A DNA stretch of 63,757 nucleotides, taken from contig JAVKOQ020000011.1 of the NCBI GenBank assembly GCA_031835245.2, positions 372,001 to 435,757 on the forward strand, written 5' to 3'. Below the pieces are notes generated by a model. The model saw nothing but the letters and a program-made list of their open reading frames with translations, was not told the origin of the DNA and made no database searches. Source of the stretch: Balamuthia mandrillaris (Eukaryota). Of this stretch, positions 26,356 through 40,100 are shown piece after piece (the first letter of the stretch is position 1; every line of letters starts with the position of its first letter). The translations under genes were made by a program, and so were the position numbers.

Positions 26356-27766
26356 ATGAAAGAAGCGATGGAAGCGGAGGAGGAGGACGCTGGTGGTGGC
26401 GGAGGTGGAGAGCAGCAGCGGGCCACGAGTTGCAACGAGGGGAGTGGAGGAGAACAGAAAACGAACGAGGTCACGACGCCTTGTTTGGTGTACGTTGGGA
26501 CGATAGCAGCGCCGAACGGTACAACTGCAAACGGAGCAACAGCATCTCTTCTTTCACCTCCAAAGTTTGCCCGCGTCGATCGACCCGTGTTCAAGATTGG
26601 TCGTGGTCAGCGAGCCAACATGTGAGCCATTTGTTTTCTATTTTACCTTGTTCGTTGAAAGCATGTGATATTAACACTCTAACACCTACTCCTAAAGGCT
26701 GCTTGACTCACCCAGCAAACCGTGCATGGTGTCCCGCATACACGCTCTCATACAAAGAGAGGCACCGGTGGTAGGGGCGGACTGTTCTGCCTCCTCTTCT
26801 TGTTCTTCTCCATATGTATGGCGGCTGGTGGACTGTAACAGCCTCAACGGCGTATTTGTCAATCGTGTCCGCGTAAAAGAAGCCATTTTGAAGTAATTGC
26901 CTCTCTGCTCTGTTGCTGTTCTTCTTGTTCTTCTTGTTCTTCTTGTTCTTGTTCTTGTTCTTGTTCTTCTTGTTCTTGTTCTTCTTGTTCTTCTTGTTCT
27001 TCTTCTTCTAACACCCAACAACCAAAAGGGAGGGAGATGAGATCATCTTTGGGGAGGGAGGAAGAAGCGTTGCAGCTGTTGATGGCAAAGACGCAAATAG
27101 AAAAGCGGTTGCGTTTGGAGAACGCTGCGTGGTATCTGATCCTGAATTAGTCTATATTTTTCGGCTGAACTGCGACCAACAAGAAGCGGGCACGGAGGGG
27201 AAGGAAAGCAAAGGTAAAGAAATAGAGAAGGAAGAAGTTTTAGCAGAGGAGCAAGAAGAAACAAATGGAGCAACTCGACATCCGGAATTGCAGCGTCACA
27301 ATAATGGCAACAAACGAAAACGACAAGAAGATGATAGAGATCAAGGAAAGGAAGAAAGAAAAGAAGGAGCGAAGGGAGAGGTTGTTTTAAAACGATGCAA
27401 GACGGTAGAGAAGGGATCAGAAGCAGAGACAGAGCGCCTCAAAGCTGAATTGGCAAGAAAGGAGAAGGAGTTGGCAGAGCATTTGGAGCAAATGGAGGCG
27501 TTACGAAATGCAATTCAGATGGAGAAAGAAGCAAAGTCAGAGCAGGAAAGACAGTGGCAAACCTCTCTGGAGGAAAAAATGACTGCACTTATGCAACAGT
27601 TTGAGGAGCAAAAGCAATTGTTGGAAAAAGAAAAAGAAACTAAGGTTCGTGCCCTTCTCTTCTATTCTTCTTCTTCTTCTTCTTCTTCTTCTTCTTCTTC
27701 TTCTTCTTCTTCATCTTCTTCATCTTCTTCTTGCTTCTTCTTCTGAAAGCGCTTTTTTTTAAAAAA

Positions 27767-27797
<31 letters not shown>

Positions 27798-28829
27798 CAA
27801 AAGGAATCTGAATATGAAGCTGAAAAACGGAAGCTTCAAGAGGAACTAGAGAAACAACGCAGCGAAGCAGAAGCACTCAAAGAGAAAAGCATATGCAAGG
27901 ATGAACTGGAGGAAGAATTCACATGCAGCATATGTCAGGGTCTGATGATCCACGCCACAGCATTGGAATGCTCTCACACGTTTTGTGGGGAATGCTTAAG
28001 CAATTGGCTCCTCATGAAAATGGTAACTTTATCAACTACAGTTCTTCTCTCTCTCTTCTTTCTTGCTCTTGCTGCTCCCTCTTACTTTTCATTTCTCGCA
28101 TTAAAGGCATGTCCTGTGTGTCGTTGTGAGGCGAAGCAGACCCCCGTACGAGCGCGCAGCTTGGATAATATTATCAGCAAGATTGTCGACAAGCTTCCTT
28201 CTGAGGTTTACTCGCTTTCTTCCTGCCATTCTTTCCTTGCCAATTTTCTGACTTGTCTACTCGCAGGAAAAAGAGGATTGGTTGGAGCGAGAACGGTGTT
28301 GGCGAGAGCAAGAGGTATGGTATACGAGATGACAACGAGAGAGCGTGAGAGAGAGGAGAGAAGCGCTGCGTCCTAACAATTATCTTAAAAAAAAAATAAC
28401 AGCAAGCGCTTCAGAAGCTGGAGAAGCAAATAGCAGAGGCAAAGGCTCGCAACTTAAAGTTCTTGAACATAGCAGAGCCTTGGAATGCCGCTGAAAAAAA
28501 AGTATTTTTGGACGGTGCAACGTACAGTAGTACCTTTACTACCATTGTTTTTTTTTTTTTTTTTTTTTGAATGATGGCTTTGCTCACATCGTTTTCTTGT
28601 GTGTAGGCTGTACTCTTCAGGAAGGACGAGAAGGTTGTATTGCTCTATGACAGGGCTAACCCCAGAATTTGTACAACAGTGCTCCATTCCAACTTTATTG
28701 ATGGCGGCTTCAAATCTAGGTATTGATGCACAGATCGGTGCTGCTGGCGATACCTCTGCTCTTCGGCGGAGATTGCTTGACTTCATCTCTCTCCCTACTC
28801 AACCTTCATCGTCGACAGTTAACGAGTGA
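26356..28829 (+). CDS. FHA + coiled-coil + RING E3 ubiquitin ligase (RNF8/CHFR-like)
   Basis: FHA motifs FKIGRG, VSRIHA, DCNSLNGVFVN, EGDEIIFG. Glu/Lys-rich coiled coil. RING CSICQGLMIHATALECSHTFCGECLSNW../CPVCR. Confidence 0.9.
26918..27008. repeat. Intronic (CTT/GTT)n microsatellite
   Basis: Directly visible, in an FHA-RING intron. Confidence 0.9.
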
Positions 28830-29087
28830 AATTACAAAAGAGTTGGAGTGCTGTAAAAAGATCTGATAATTTGTGTAAGTAATACAGAGAGAAACTGAAA
28901 ATGAAAATGTACAAAACTTAAGAAGAGCCATCTGCTCTTTAGAACGAAGTTCATAGGAGAGAGAGAGGGAGAGGGAGAGAGAGAGAGGGAGAGGGAGAGG
29001 GAGAGAGGGAGAGGGAGAAGAGAGAGGGAGAAGAGAGAGGGAGGGAGAGAGGGCGAGGACTCAGGAACGAGAGCGGAAGTGTCCTTG

Positions 29088-29244
29088 TTACTGCCAACGA
29101 GAGTTTGGAATTAGTAGCCCTTGCATTGGCATCAGATCGTAGTGCAGACAAAGTTTTGTAAAGCGCTCGCAGAGGTGGCACTTTGCCTGTATGTATTAAC
29201 CTCAGATAGTAAGCAAGGGTGATGATATCGAAGTCCATAGGGGG

Positions 29245-29290
<46 letters not shown>

Positions 29291-30424
29291 AGAATCACGG
29301 ATAGAGACCTCAAACTCGTCAAACTTTTGCCTAAAGGTAAAGTAAGAAAAAGCAAAGAGCCTGTAGAGACGTCTTGCCAAAATTCCAAACTGCTTGGCTG
29401 ATGCTTTCTTGATGACAACCCTACAAACCGGCAACCAATCAGCTATTGCTTTTTTAAAAAGATAACGATAAACAAGCAAACCTGGAGGGGAAGTAACGAT
29501 TCGAGTTCAGGGTGGATGTCGCTTGCGTCACTGTGTGTGCCATGTAATCAATTGCAGCGCACTATGCCGGGTATCGCTTCAATCAGTATGAGAGACAGAG
29601 AGAGAGAGACAGAGAGACAGAATGAGACAGAATGAGAGAGAAGAAAACGGATAAACCTCACGTGGCGGGTTGTAGGCGCTGCAAAGGAAGACATACTCCT
29701 CGCTGCCGACCGTAACCTTCATGCTTGGCGCCGTCTCTGCCGTACACACGTCGCTGTGATGCACCACAAACAAGTTAAGCTCCTTTAGCACTTGCCTTTA
29801 GTTTTTTTGTTCTCTTATTAGCCAAAGCAAGGGAAATCGAAGAAGGAGACGACAAAGGAGCAAGGAGCAAGGAAACGAACAAAGAATGGAAGGGAGGTGT
29901 ACCGTAGGTGTTCATAAATCCAAACATCGGTCGCCACGCCAGGCGGGAGCGCAATCAACGCTTCGATGTTTGCGGGGTCTTTACCTGGAAAGAGGTCATA
30001 AACAAACATAACAGCACAAAAACGAGCACAAAAATAATAACGTACGGATGAGTTGCTGCAACAGTTCTTCGACGGCGAGCGGCCCGTCCAGCTTTTCGAC
30101 AGGGAGGTCCGCCCACTTGAACATGTCCTTGTTCTTGGTGCCCGGTCGGTTCCTTCTTTGCTGCTGCACGCATTCCCTTTCTCCGCAGCTGGTGCCATGG
30201 ATGGCACTCTCGGTGTTCTGGTGGGAGGCGGAGGAAGTCCCCTCCCGGCCTTCCTTCTCTTTGTTGTTGCTGCTTTCGTTTTTGGTGTTAGTATTACCAA
30301 AAGCGGCTCTTGCTGCCAGCAAATTCCTGTGTTTCTGCCCTTTGGGCTTTTGTGCTGCTGCCGCGCCGCCGCCGCCGCCGCCGCCACTTCCCTCCTCTGG
30401 CATGGTGGTAGGGGGTAGCTCCAT
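29088..30424 (-). CDS. MOB4: MOB4/phocein (STRIPAK component); multi-exon
   Basis: DVWIYEHLR, CTAETAPSM..VFLCSAYNPPRE/CAAIDY, FPSRV, ARRLYRLFAFSYF, LCERFTKL..YDLM. Confidence 0.9.
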
Positions 30425-30639
30425 CGTTCACGTTTCTTTCTCTCTTTTTTTTTTTTAATTTTTCCAACCGTCACATCGGGACGACCTGGAACAATACCTC
30501 TCATCGGAAATTATTTCGATTGTTGAAATATTTTTAAAATTTTTCGATTAGACAAAAATGTTTACAATTATTAAAAATCTATCGATAAAGGATTCTTTCT
30601 TCTCTCTTTCGTTCGAGGCTGCTGTTGGGATCATTGGCT

Positions 30640-33600
30640 TCAATGGTGGCTGTCTTCGTCTTGCGGATGAGGAGAAGTAGGTGGCAAGAACATAGCTTGA
30701 AGAGGATGGGTAGAATCACCGCTGCCAGAGCTCACCGTGGCGGAACGAGCGGGCAAAGGAGGCAGCTTCTTGGAGCCTTTCTTCAGGTCGGTGGAGAACG
30801 CACGTTGGAGGTCGGTGTTTCGTACGCTGTCTCCGTTGTGCTCTCTCGGTCTCACAAATACACCAGGAGAAGAAGAGGAAGCATTCGTATGGCCAATCAA
30901 TCGCATCGATGCTACAGTGGAGGATGATTCCTGTTGCTGCTGTTCTTCATCGTCCTCATCTAAGAGGTTGCCTAAACTGTTGGTACGACCGACGGTGTGG
31001 TATTTTTGGAGAAACGCAGCAGAGTCAGCAGAGGCCGACTTGTCTGTGCTGTGGCCTTTGGAAGAGGCAACACCTCCAATGAGCCGTTTGAGGCGAACGC
31101 TTCCATTCTTTTTCTTCTTTTGTTCGGGCAGAAAAGACGGCCTGTTCACGATGACAGAGGAGGAGGAAGGTGGTAGCTCAGGCAGTCCTTGTTGCTTCAG
31201 CTGTGTCAGAGTCAATGCAGATGGTGGAATTGGCTTGTTGTGATGCGCCGCTTCGTCGTTGTTGGTATCTGTTGGAGAAGGAGAAGAGGGTTGTCGTGGA
31301 GCTATCACATGACGATTAAGACTGGGATTGAGGTTGACTGGTGGCCGCCGAAGAGGCCTCTCTGGTCGAATCGGTGGAGAGATAGTGGAAGAAGAAGCGG
31401 AAGAGGAAGCGGTCGAAGAAACAGACCCCGCATCAACACGGGGTGATAACAACGAATAAGCCAGTTGCGATTGTTTTGGCTGTGACGATGACGACACTGA
31501 GGCGTCATCTTGCTGATGATCCTCCATCGAACCGAAAGAAACCGAACGGCGAACAGGCAGAGGGGGTGGCCCTATTGCTGTCTGACTGTTGGAGGCACAA
31601 ATGGAAGGATCAGAAATAGAGGGAGGTACGGGTGGAAGAGACTTCGCAGGAACAGGAGGAAGCTCAGGTTTGCTGTATGGTGCGGGACGAGCACCACGAA
31701 AGCTTTTGGTCTTTCTGGATTGTGATGGAGAGAAGGTTGCAGAAGAAGCTCCATTAATAGGAGGTAACGGAGGTGCAGGAGCGGGCGGTACTTCTTCCTC
31801 GCTGCCGTTATAGGATGACGTGATTACGTCAGAGATGTTGAGGCCAGCTTTTTCAGCGGCAGCAGCCATCTCCTCTACGTCCGTCATCTTCCGGAAGGAG
31901 GAGAAGTCAGGTCCACTAATGACGATGTCCTTCTTCTTATGCGACTGTTCGTTTTGCTCACCGCCATCCAAGTTTTGAATGAAAGCCGTCAAAACCTCGT
32001 TCATCTGCTCCGCTTTGTTGGAAATGAGATGCATGTAGCCTGCTGCTCTGTATTCGCCAAAGTCCAAATGAAAGACCGTCTTTTCGCTGCTCCACCGCTT
32101 AATCTGAAAGAGAGTATACCGCTCTCTTAATTCTCCTTTCTCGTTACTTCCGTTATTGCGAATGGTGTTGTAACAAACGATGCCATCCGACTTCAACTCA
32201 ATGACAACAGGAACAGGCTCGCTCTGTTCCACGACCAGTTCCGCTGAGAATTCGTGCTTTGATGATGCGTTGCCTTTGGGTTTCAGTATCATGTTTCCAG
32301 AAGAGAACATTTTGGTGGTCTTTTTGCCAACACCACCGATCGTTTCGCCCGTTTTTCTGGAGAGGGTTTGCCACTTGACTTTGCTTTTGCCTGGAATGAC
32401 GTCTTGGCACTCTTCGATGACGTCTTTGAGTTGCATCTTTCGTGTGTTTCGTATTTTTATAACGAACTTCGGAGCATGAAAAGCTGCTCTCTCCGCGTTT
32501 ATCACTATCCCCATGACACAGCGAAGGATACGTTACTCAAATGAAATAAGAAGGAAAAGGAAAACGAAAGTGTTACGTTTAGATAGAAGCCATTCTCGGA
32601 ACTTTGGCCCTTTTCGAAAGATGGGTGGGTCGGGAAGTCGAGGGGGAAATGGGATTACTCCGTCCTGGCATGCTATATCCACTCTGTAGTATGTTCCCGT
32701 TCGATCTTTGTTTTTTGATTTCTTTGGACTTACCACGATGAACACATCTGCGTGTATTCGTTATTCAGACATATCCTATAACAAGAAGAAGAAGAAGAAG
32801 AAGAAGAAGAAGAAGAAGAAGAAGAACAAGAACAAGAACAAGAACAAGAACAAGAACAAGAACAAGAACAAGAACAAGAAGAAGAAGAACAAGAACAAGA
32901 AGAACAAGAACAAGAACAAGAAGAAGAAGAAGAAGAAGAAGAAGAACAAGAACAAGAACAAGAACACGTACGATTGAATTGGGAGTGGATGCAAAGAGGA
33001 TCAAACGGCTCATTCTTTCCTTCCCGAAATATAATCATGATGACATCATTTCCAAGATGCCTTTTTCTCTCCACCTGTTGTTTGTGAGTACAGGCCTACA
33101 AAAGATAAAACCAGAAAGAGAACGTTACTTGTTGCGGATCAGCAGGATAATACTGCAACAATGTTGAGACATGAAACATGATAGGACAGTTCTGGTGAAT
33201 TGTATGCACAGAGTGTGTTCCCGTTGTATTCCCTTAACGTTTTCCAAACAAAAAAAAATGTGAGCATATCCTCTCTTGTAAAAAACACTAAGTGCTTAGC
33301 ACGTACGTTTCACGTCAAGTCCTCCATTATAACCAGTAAAACCCTGAAGTGTTACTCTGTCGCCCAAAAAATCCAGAAACTCCTCAAAGGCAGCACTTCC
33401 GTGTTCTATTGGTAAAGTGGAAACCGAAATGTTCAACAATGGAGTCTATAGAAAAAAAAAAACAAAATACTGAGAGATACCAAACCATTGTTGTACATTT
33501 CGTCTTCCAAGCTTTGTCCTTCTTTGGAGTACAGCACTCCGATCTTATAGCGAGTGGAAATGTTCTGATCCTCAAACTTTACCAACAGCGGAGGCAAAAA

Positions 33601-34521
33601 CGTGTCGTTGTATGGCATCTTTGAGAAATGAATGGGAGCGAGCTGTGGGAATCGTTTCTTGATGGCTTTCAGCTTTGAGCCAGCGCTCTCTACTTCGTCT
33701 ATTGTTAGAGTTGCCCAATCTGCACCCTTTATGTAGGATGTGTGCGTTGACGGTAAGAAAAAAAAACAGAATAGAAAGAATAAACAGAAAGAAGAAAGAG
33801 AAAAGAAGAGAAAAGGAGGGAGAAGAGAGAAGAATGTGAAGGAAACCTTTTTTGTGTGGACAAGGACCCTAAGGTCCTTTCGTCCTTCGTTGAGAACTTG
33901 CGATTTGTTCTCAACAGAAACGATAATGGGTCCAAGGTTGTTCACCTCTTCATCGGCCAGCGCACTCACATAGTTTTCGTGTTCTTCACATTTTTAAAAA
34001 AATAAAACAAAGAGCAGCGTTACAAAGAGAAAAAATGAGGAGTATTAAGAACAGGAAAAGAAAAGAAGTAAAGAAAGGAAAGAAAGGAAAGAAAGGAAAG
34101 AAAGGAAAGAAAGGAAAGAAAGGAAAGAAAGAAAAGAAAGGAAAGAAAGGAAAGATAGAAACGACAAGAAAGAAAGAAACGACAAGAAATAAAGAAACGA
34201 CAAGAAAGAAAGAAACGACAAGAAAGAAAGAACAAGAACAAGAACAAGACAAAGGAGAAGAGTGGCAACGAACGTTTGTTGTAGAAGAAGGCTTGGTAGT
34301 ATTTGGTGTAGCTCTCGACCTCTATGAGAGAGGCAAACGGAGCGTCGCGCTTGTACTCGCAGTCGGCCTCCGGCCTCTCTCTGACATAGCCGGCCACCTC
34401 CTTTATGAGAGAAGGATACTTCGGGTCTTCCGCATACTATAAAAGAGAGGTTAGGAGAGCAAAGAAGGAGTAATTATAGACGAAAAAATGATCCTCAGCT
34501 TTTTTTTTTCTGTGTAACGCA

Positions 34522-34556
<35 letters not shown>

Positions 34557-34569
34557 AAAACCAGAGGGA

Positions 34570-34601
<32 letters not shown>

Positions 34602-34723
34602 CGAACCGGAGGCCAATCGGTAGGTAGAGGAGAAGAAGGGGCAGAGGAAGGCCAACTAATATTGGTGGGCCACTTCATGGCAGACGAAGAAGAAGAAAGT
34701 TGAGCCTCGGAGGAGGATGACAT
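30640..34723 (-). CDS. Rap/Ran-GAP domain protein with C-terminal PTB/FERM-F3-like domain and Pro/Ser-rich tail
   Basis: [45 protein letters not shown] (Asn-thumb region), [13 protein letters not shown]. Confidence 0.92.
32779..32965. repeat. Intronic (AAG/AAC)n microsatellite
   Basis: Directly visible, in a RapGAP intron. Confidence 0.95.
34070..34250. repeat. Intronic (GGAAAGAAA)n followed by 18-mer (AAAGAAAGAAACGACAAG)n minisatellite
   Basis: Directly visible, in a RapGAP intron. Confidence 0.9.
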
Positions 34724-35552
34724 GGCGTTTTAAACGGTGTTTGCGTTTGATCGCCACACAGTACACACACATGTACACACACAAAAAAGAAACGTCGACA
34801 CAGGAAAGCTGTGGTCACCACCCCCCGGTTTTTTTTTGCTTTTTTTTTTCTTCTCTGCCGTTCTTCGCTTCCCGCAAAGAAACAAATGAAGGCACAGGCA
34901 TAGTCCTCAACAAAAGCTAAATGAAGTGGTGTAACTCCTCCCCTCCCTGTTTAATTATGGCGGAATCATATATGTCGGAACATGTGTTACGGTAACGTCT
35001 AAGAACTGTCTCCCGAGCAACAAAGAATAATGAATGGGGCATATGGAGACAACGCGAGCCTGTGTTTTGCTTTTGTTCCTTTCCTTCATTTTTCGGTTAA
35101 TCGGAAAATTGATGTAGAGAACACAAAAGGAAATTTAAGAGAATGTGAGAAATTTTAAGAATGACCAGTTAAGTTTGTTTTTTCATTGGTGATTGAGCCT
35201 CTAACAAAGCACCAGTCAAAAAACAAACAAATTCGCACACCCATCGGAATTTCAACGCAAAGTCACAAGTAAGCGAAAGAAGAACGATGGATAATCGGTA
35301 GGAAAAGGTGACTTTTTGGCCACGCCTCTTCCAGTAACATTTTGGTTTTTTTTTTTTCATGGGAGGCCAACCAAAATAACAAAAACTAAACCGAACAATC
35401 CGTTCCTTTTCGTTTGTGTGGTCAAACAGTAAACAGAAAACCGCGACAATCAGCAGCCGATAGAGTACGTTACCTCTCCGACATTTACTGGCACAATTGT
35501 GTCATTTTTTTTTTGTTGGTGCTCTCTGTTCGCTCACAAGCACAGCAGCGAG

Positions 35553-36881
35553 ATGCAAGCCAACAAGAGAAAGCAGCCAGAAGCGGAGACCCAACAGGCC
35601 AAAGCAGAGGGCACCAAGATGGAGGCTGCTCAGCAGGGACCCTCCAAGGCTGTACGCTTGGAGCCAGGAGGGGCCAGCTCTGAGGCCAGGTTGCAGTACC
35701 AAACCAACCCGCAGTTCCTGGCCTCCCTCCTCTACACCAGGGCTGACCAGCTGCGAGTTCCTGAGAACAGGGTCTTTGTGGCTGAACGAACTGACAAGGT
35801 GGTCGACGTATTCAAGGTATGTCCACTACATGTTTCTTTTAAAAGCTCTTCTGCTAGTTCCTCCAACGGCAGCTCACCTCCAAACGATGCACAAAACAAA
35901 AACAAAAGGGTCTCATCAAACACAACTTCTTGTCAGTTCCAGTGCTGATGAAGACAGGCCACAAGTACTACGGTTTCCTGGACATGGGAGACATCGTTCA
36001 GTATGTGTGTGACCACTTTGGCGCCCATCGACTCTCCTCTAGCGAGGACTTTTGGAACTTGGTGGCCGAGGAGGAGGCCTTCCAGGAGAAAACCGTTAAC
36101 GACATTATGAGTATGGAAACTCCCTTCTTTTCTCTTCACTTCTTGTAAGCTCATTTTGTTGCTTTACCAACAAACAGAGGGACCAAGGACTCTGAGGAAT
36201 CCTTTCCATCCCATCAAATCGGACTACTCCCTGCTGTACGCCATTGAAGCTTTGGCGAAAGACCCTCAGCTGCACCGCCTCACCGTCATCGATGACAATC
36301 GTCGCATTATGAACCTGTTGACTCAGTCCCAGGTGGTGGAGTTCTTGCAAAAGAACCTCAACCTGATTGGGTCCAAGAAAGACAAACCTCTCAACCTGGT
36401 TACCGCCCTTCCTAGAGAAGTCTTCTCCATAAAGATGTCCCAACAAGCCATCGAAGCCTTCCAATTGATGGAGAGCGAGGTAAGCATCTTTCATACCTCC
36501 TTGTTCCTGAGAACTTTGCTGACAAGCATTAACTTTGATTTGAAGGGCGTTAGTGGGGTGGCTGTGGTGGATGACGAAACAGGAAAACTGATGTCCGCTT
36601 TGTCGTTGAGAGACCTGAAGGCCATCACTGAGGACGGCAGGCTCTTCTGGCGACTCTTCCAAAAAGCCAATAACTTCATTCGCCACCTCAAGGCGGATCT
36701 GCGCAGTGCAGATGAGCGTCCCCGTTCCGTGGTCTTCTGCAAAATGGACAACACTTTAGGCGACGTTATCAACATGTGTGCTGAGCACAAGATTCACAGG
36801 GTCTTCATAGTGGACGACGAGAAGAAGCCCATCAGCGTCGTAAGCCTCAAAGATGTTCTTCTTGAGCTTATTTCGGCCTAA
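35553..36881 (+). CDS. CBS-domain (Bateman) protein, AMPK-gamma/Sds23-like
   Basis: YYGFLDMGDIV, HRLTVID..NLLTQSQVV, GVSGVAVVD..LSLRDLK and IHRVFIVD..VVSLKDVL give four CBS repeats. Confidence 0.85.
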
Positions 36882-37164
36882 AGCTCGAGGGCCATCCATT
36901 CCTCCCCAACTTTCTTCCTTTGTGCATAAGCACCATTGTTCGTCTTGTACAAAGCACAACAAGTTTGTTTTCTGTCTTTGTTACCACCCAATAAGTGAAG
37001 AAGAGAGGTTTTTTAAAATAGTTCCTTGTTCAAGTGTAAATATCTTTTGTTTTTTTAAAAAAAAAAAGGAGGTGGAAGGCAAATAACAAAGTTCTGAAAA
37101 AAAAAAAAGAGAAGGAAAGAAAGTACAGGTTGGGAATGAAAAGTGGTTGTGTGTGTTGGAGGAC

Positions 37165-40100
37165 TTAGAAGCTACCATCCTCGATGGTGGTGTACTCGGA
37201 CCTCTTCTGGTAGTAGTAGTAACCGCCACCAGCAACGCCCACAATGACCAACACCAAGATGATGCTTCCCACAACGATAAGAACGATGGCAGTGGTGCTG
37301 AGGCCACCCTTGTCTTCGTCGCTCTCGCTGCCCTTGCCGAGCACGCCGTTGAGCTCAAAGACGTAGCCGAGGTCGTAAGAGGCTTCAGCGTAGCTGATCA
37401 CTTCGGCGGTGAGGTTGAGGTTGGTGGAGAGGGCGAGGCGGGCGTTGGTTTTGGCGGTGGCGTTGGCCGCTTGGATGACCACAATCTTGGTCTTGGGGTT
37501 GAGCGTGGAGAAGCTAGCATTCTTCACGAGCTGGTCGGGGTTAATGACACCCTGATGGATGTGAGAGCTGAGGGTTTCCAGAAGGAGGGTTTTGTTGTTG
37601 AGGATGGAGTTGATGCCGACGGCCTTGTCAAAGGCCTCGTCAGTGGGGGCAAAGAGGGTGTACTTCTCACCGCTGAACACAAGTTGGGTGAGATTGGTCT
37701 GGGTGAGGAGCTGCAAGAACTTGTTGGCCTGGTAGCCCTCCAACAGCTTTTCAAAGGTGATGTTGAAGTTCTCAGGAAGGAGGACCTCATCCACTCCGTG
37801 GGCCACGCCGTTGCTGGCCAACACGTCGGGAAGAACCACAGTAGCGGAGCTGCCGTTGTCGTCCTCGACGGTGATTTCGCCGGTCTTGGAGTTCTTGGTG
37901 ATGACAAGGTCGTCGCCATCCAAGGTAGGGATGGTCTGGCCGGTGGTCATCTCAGTAGAGTAGACAACCTGCTTGCCGAAGTGGTGGGTGAGGACTTTGG
38001 TCAAATCGGAAGTACTGTTGGGGAGGAGGAGGTAGCCCTTGATGGCGGGGTTCAAGCTCTCAAAGGCCTTGTTGGTAGGGGCAAAGACGGTGGTGGAAGT
38101 GAGTGCGGCAAAGGTATCGGTCAGGTTGGCCGTCTTGATGGCGTCCAACAAGGTGGAAAAGGTCTCCTTGTTGTTCGAAAGAACAGTGAGGAGGTCGCTA
38201 GGAGGCACCACAACGCCTTCGATCAAGTGAGAAATACCGTTGGTGGCAGGCAGGTCCGCCGCAGTCACCTTCACACCGTTTACAGTGACGGTGGTGGTCT
38301 TGGTGTCAGAGGTCTCTTTCACGACCTTGAGCTTCTGGTAGTTGTTGCCGAGGCCCTTCTCCTTCAGAGCAGAGTCCACCAAGGTGGCGCCTTCCTTGAG
38401 GGCAGCAGCCATCACAGCAGAGTCAACAACGTGGTAGGAAAGGACGCTCTTGGTGACATCCTTGCCGGCCTTCTTGATGGCATCGTTGGTGGGGGCAAAG
38501 GTGGTGTGGACGGAATCCGTTCCGGTCAACACGTTGGTGAAGTTGTTCTGCTCAAGAGCGGTCACGAAGGAGGTACGTCCAACGGTGTTCAACAAGCCTT
38601 GCATGTTGAGGGTGGGAGGCAGGATGACAGCATCAACAACGTGGATGACGCCATTAGCAGCCAAACCGTCAGTGAAGATAACGGGGGCAGCGCTGAAAGT
38701 AGTGGCGCCAACGGTAACGGCTCCAGAAGTGGCATCAACGGTGACGGTCACCTTGCTGCCTTGCAGGGTCTTGAGGGAGGTCTCGCCAGCAGGGAAGTTC
38801 TTGGAATAGTACACTTCAGGGAGGGCCAACACGTGGTACTTGAGGAGAGCAGTGAGGTTGTCCTTGTTGAAGGAATCAAGCAAAGTCTTGGGCAAGGCCT
38901 TGATAGCAGCGTTGCTGGGGGCAAAGACAGTCAAGTTGGCGGTGGTGTTGAGAGTGTCAGTGAGACCTGCCTGCTTCACCAGGGCCAAGAACTCAGTGAG
39001 AGGGCTGTAAGGAGGGAGAGTAGTGTTGGACTTGGCCACGTCAGGAACAGACTTAGGGAAAGCCAAAACACTCTCCAAGCCGTAGGCAACACCGTTGGTG
39101 GCAACATGACCAGAGACAACGTCAACGGGGAGACCGTTTACTGTAGCGCTATCTTTGTTAACCTCAACCTTCAAGTACTGGTTGTTGGGAAGGGTCTTGG
39201 GCTTGTAGAGGGAAGCCAAAAGCTCGGTCTTGAGAACGGGCACAGAGCCGCTGCTGAAGTGGTAGCTGATCAAGTCGGTGAGGGCTTGGCCAGAAGGAAG
39301 AGGACCAGCCTTGGTGATAGCCTCGTTGGAGGGAGCAAAGACAGTGGAAGGAGTGGTGTCTTTGTCCAGGAGGTCAGTGAGACCAGCCTGGTCGACAGCC
39401 TTGATGAACTCGGTGCGGCCGAGAGCGGTTAGGACCTCCCTGAGGGTCTCGTTGGCGGTGGGCAAGATGACAGCGTCCACGGTGTGAGCCACACCATTGG
39501 AGGCCAATACGTCGCTAGTCTTCACGTTGGCATTGTTGACGACAAGTCCGTTCTCATCCTTGAAGAGGTTCAGCCTGAAGCCATCCAGCAGGGTGGCCAC
39601 TTCGGAGGAACCATCAACAAAGTCGGGAGAGTAGGTAGCAGAGCTGAGCATGTGAGCGGACAGCAGCTCGGAAACCTTCTTGTTGGACTCAGCCGTGTTG
39701 CTCAACAAGTAGTTGAGGTAAACGGGAGGCAGAGCAGCAAAAGCAGCGTCAGTGGGGGCAAACAGCGTGACGTCGTCCTGGAGAAGAGCATCCTCCATGC
39801 CGGCCAACTGGAACAGAGAAACGAGGGTGGTCAGGCCGACTTCCTCGGCTACCTTCCTCAAGGTAGCAGGAGGGGTCAGCACGTCTGAGATTTGGTAGAG
39901 CACGCCGTTGCTGCACTCCACATCCTTGCCAGCAACCAAAGGCACGTTGTTCACGCTAATTTCTACATTTTTAGCACAAAGAAAAAGAAAATGAGCAAAA
40001 AAAAAAGTTGAACAACGGGCTCAAAAAGAAAGTAGTGTAATAAACCGATTGCAGTACCATCTTCAGTAACAGTGACCTTGGCGTAAATGTCGTTGTCCAT

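Noticed and set aside
13741..28829. DNA-repair gene cluster (HROB-like and RNF8-like)
   Set aside because: Separated by unrelated genes, with no evidence of co-regulation.
32524..32531. GTATCCTT (U12-type donor consensus) on the minus strand
   Set aside because: It lies inside an ordinary GT-AG intron whose boundaries already restore the RapGAP frame (K-L-I-N-A-E-R).
37147..39432. 761-aa ORF on + strand
   Set aside because: Antisense shadow of the codon-biased FAS1 gene; no recognisable motifs.
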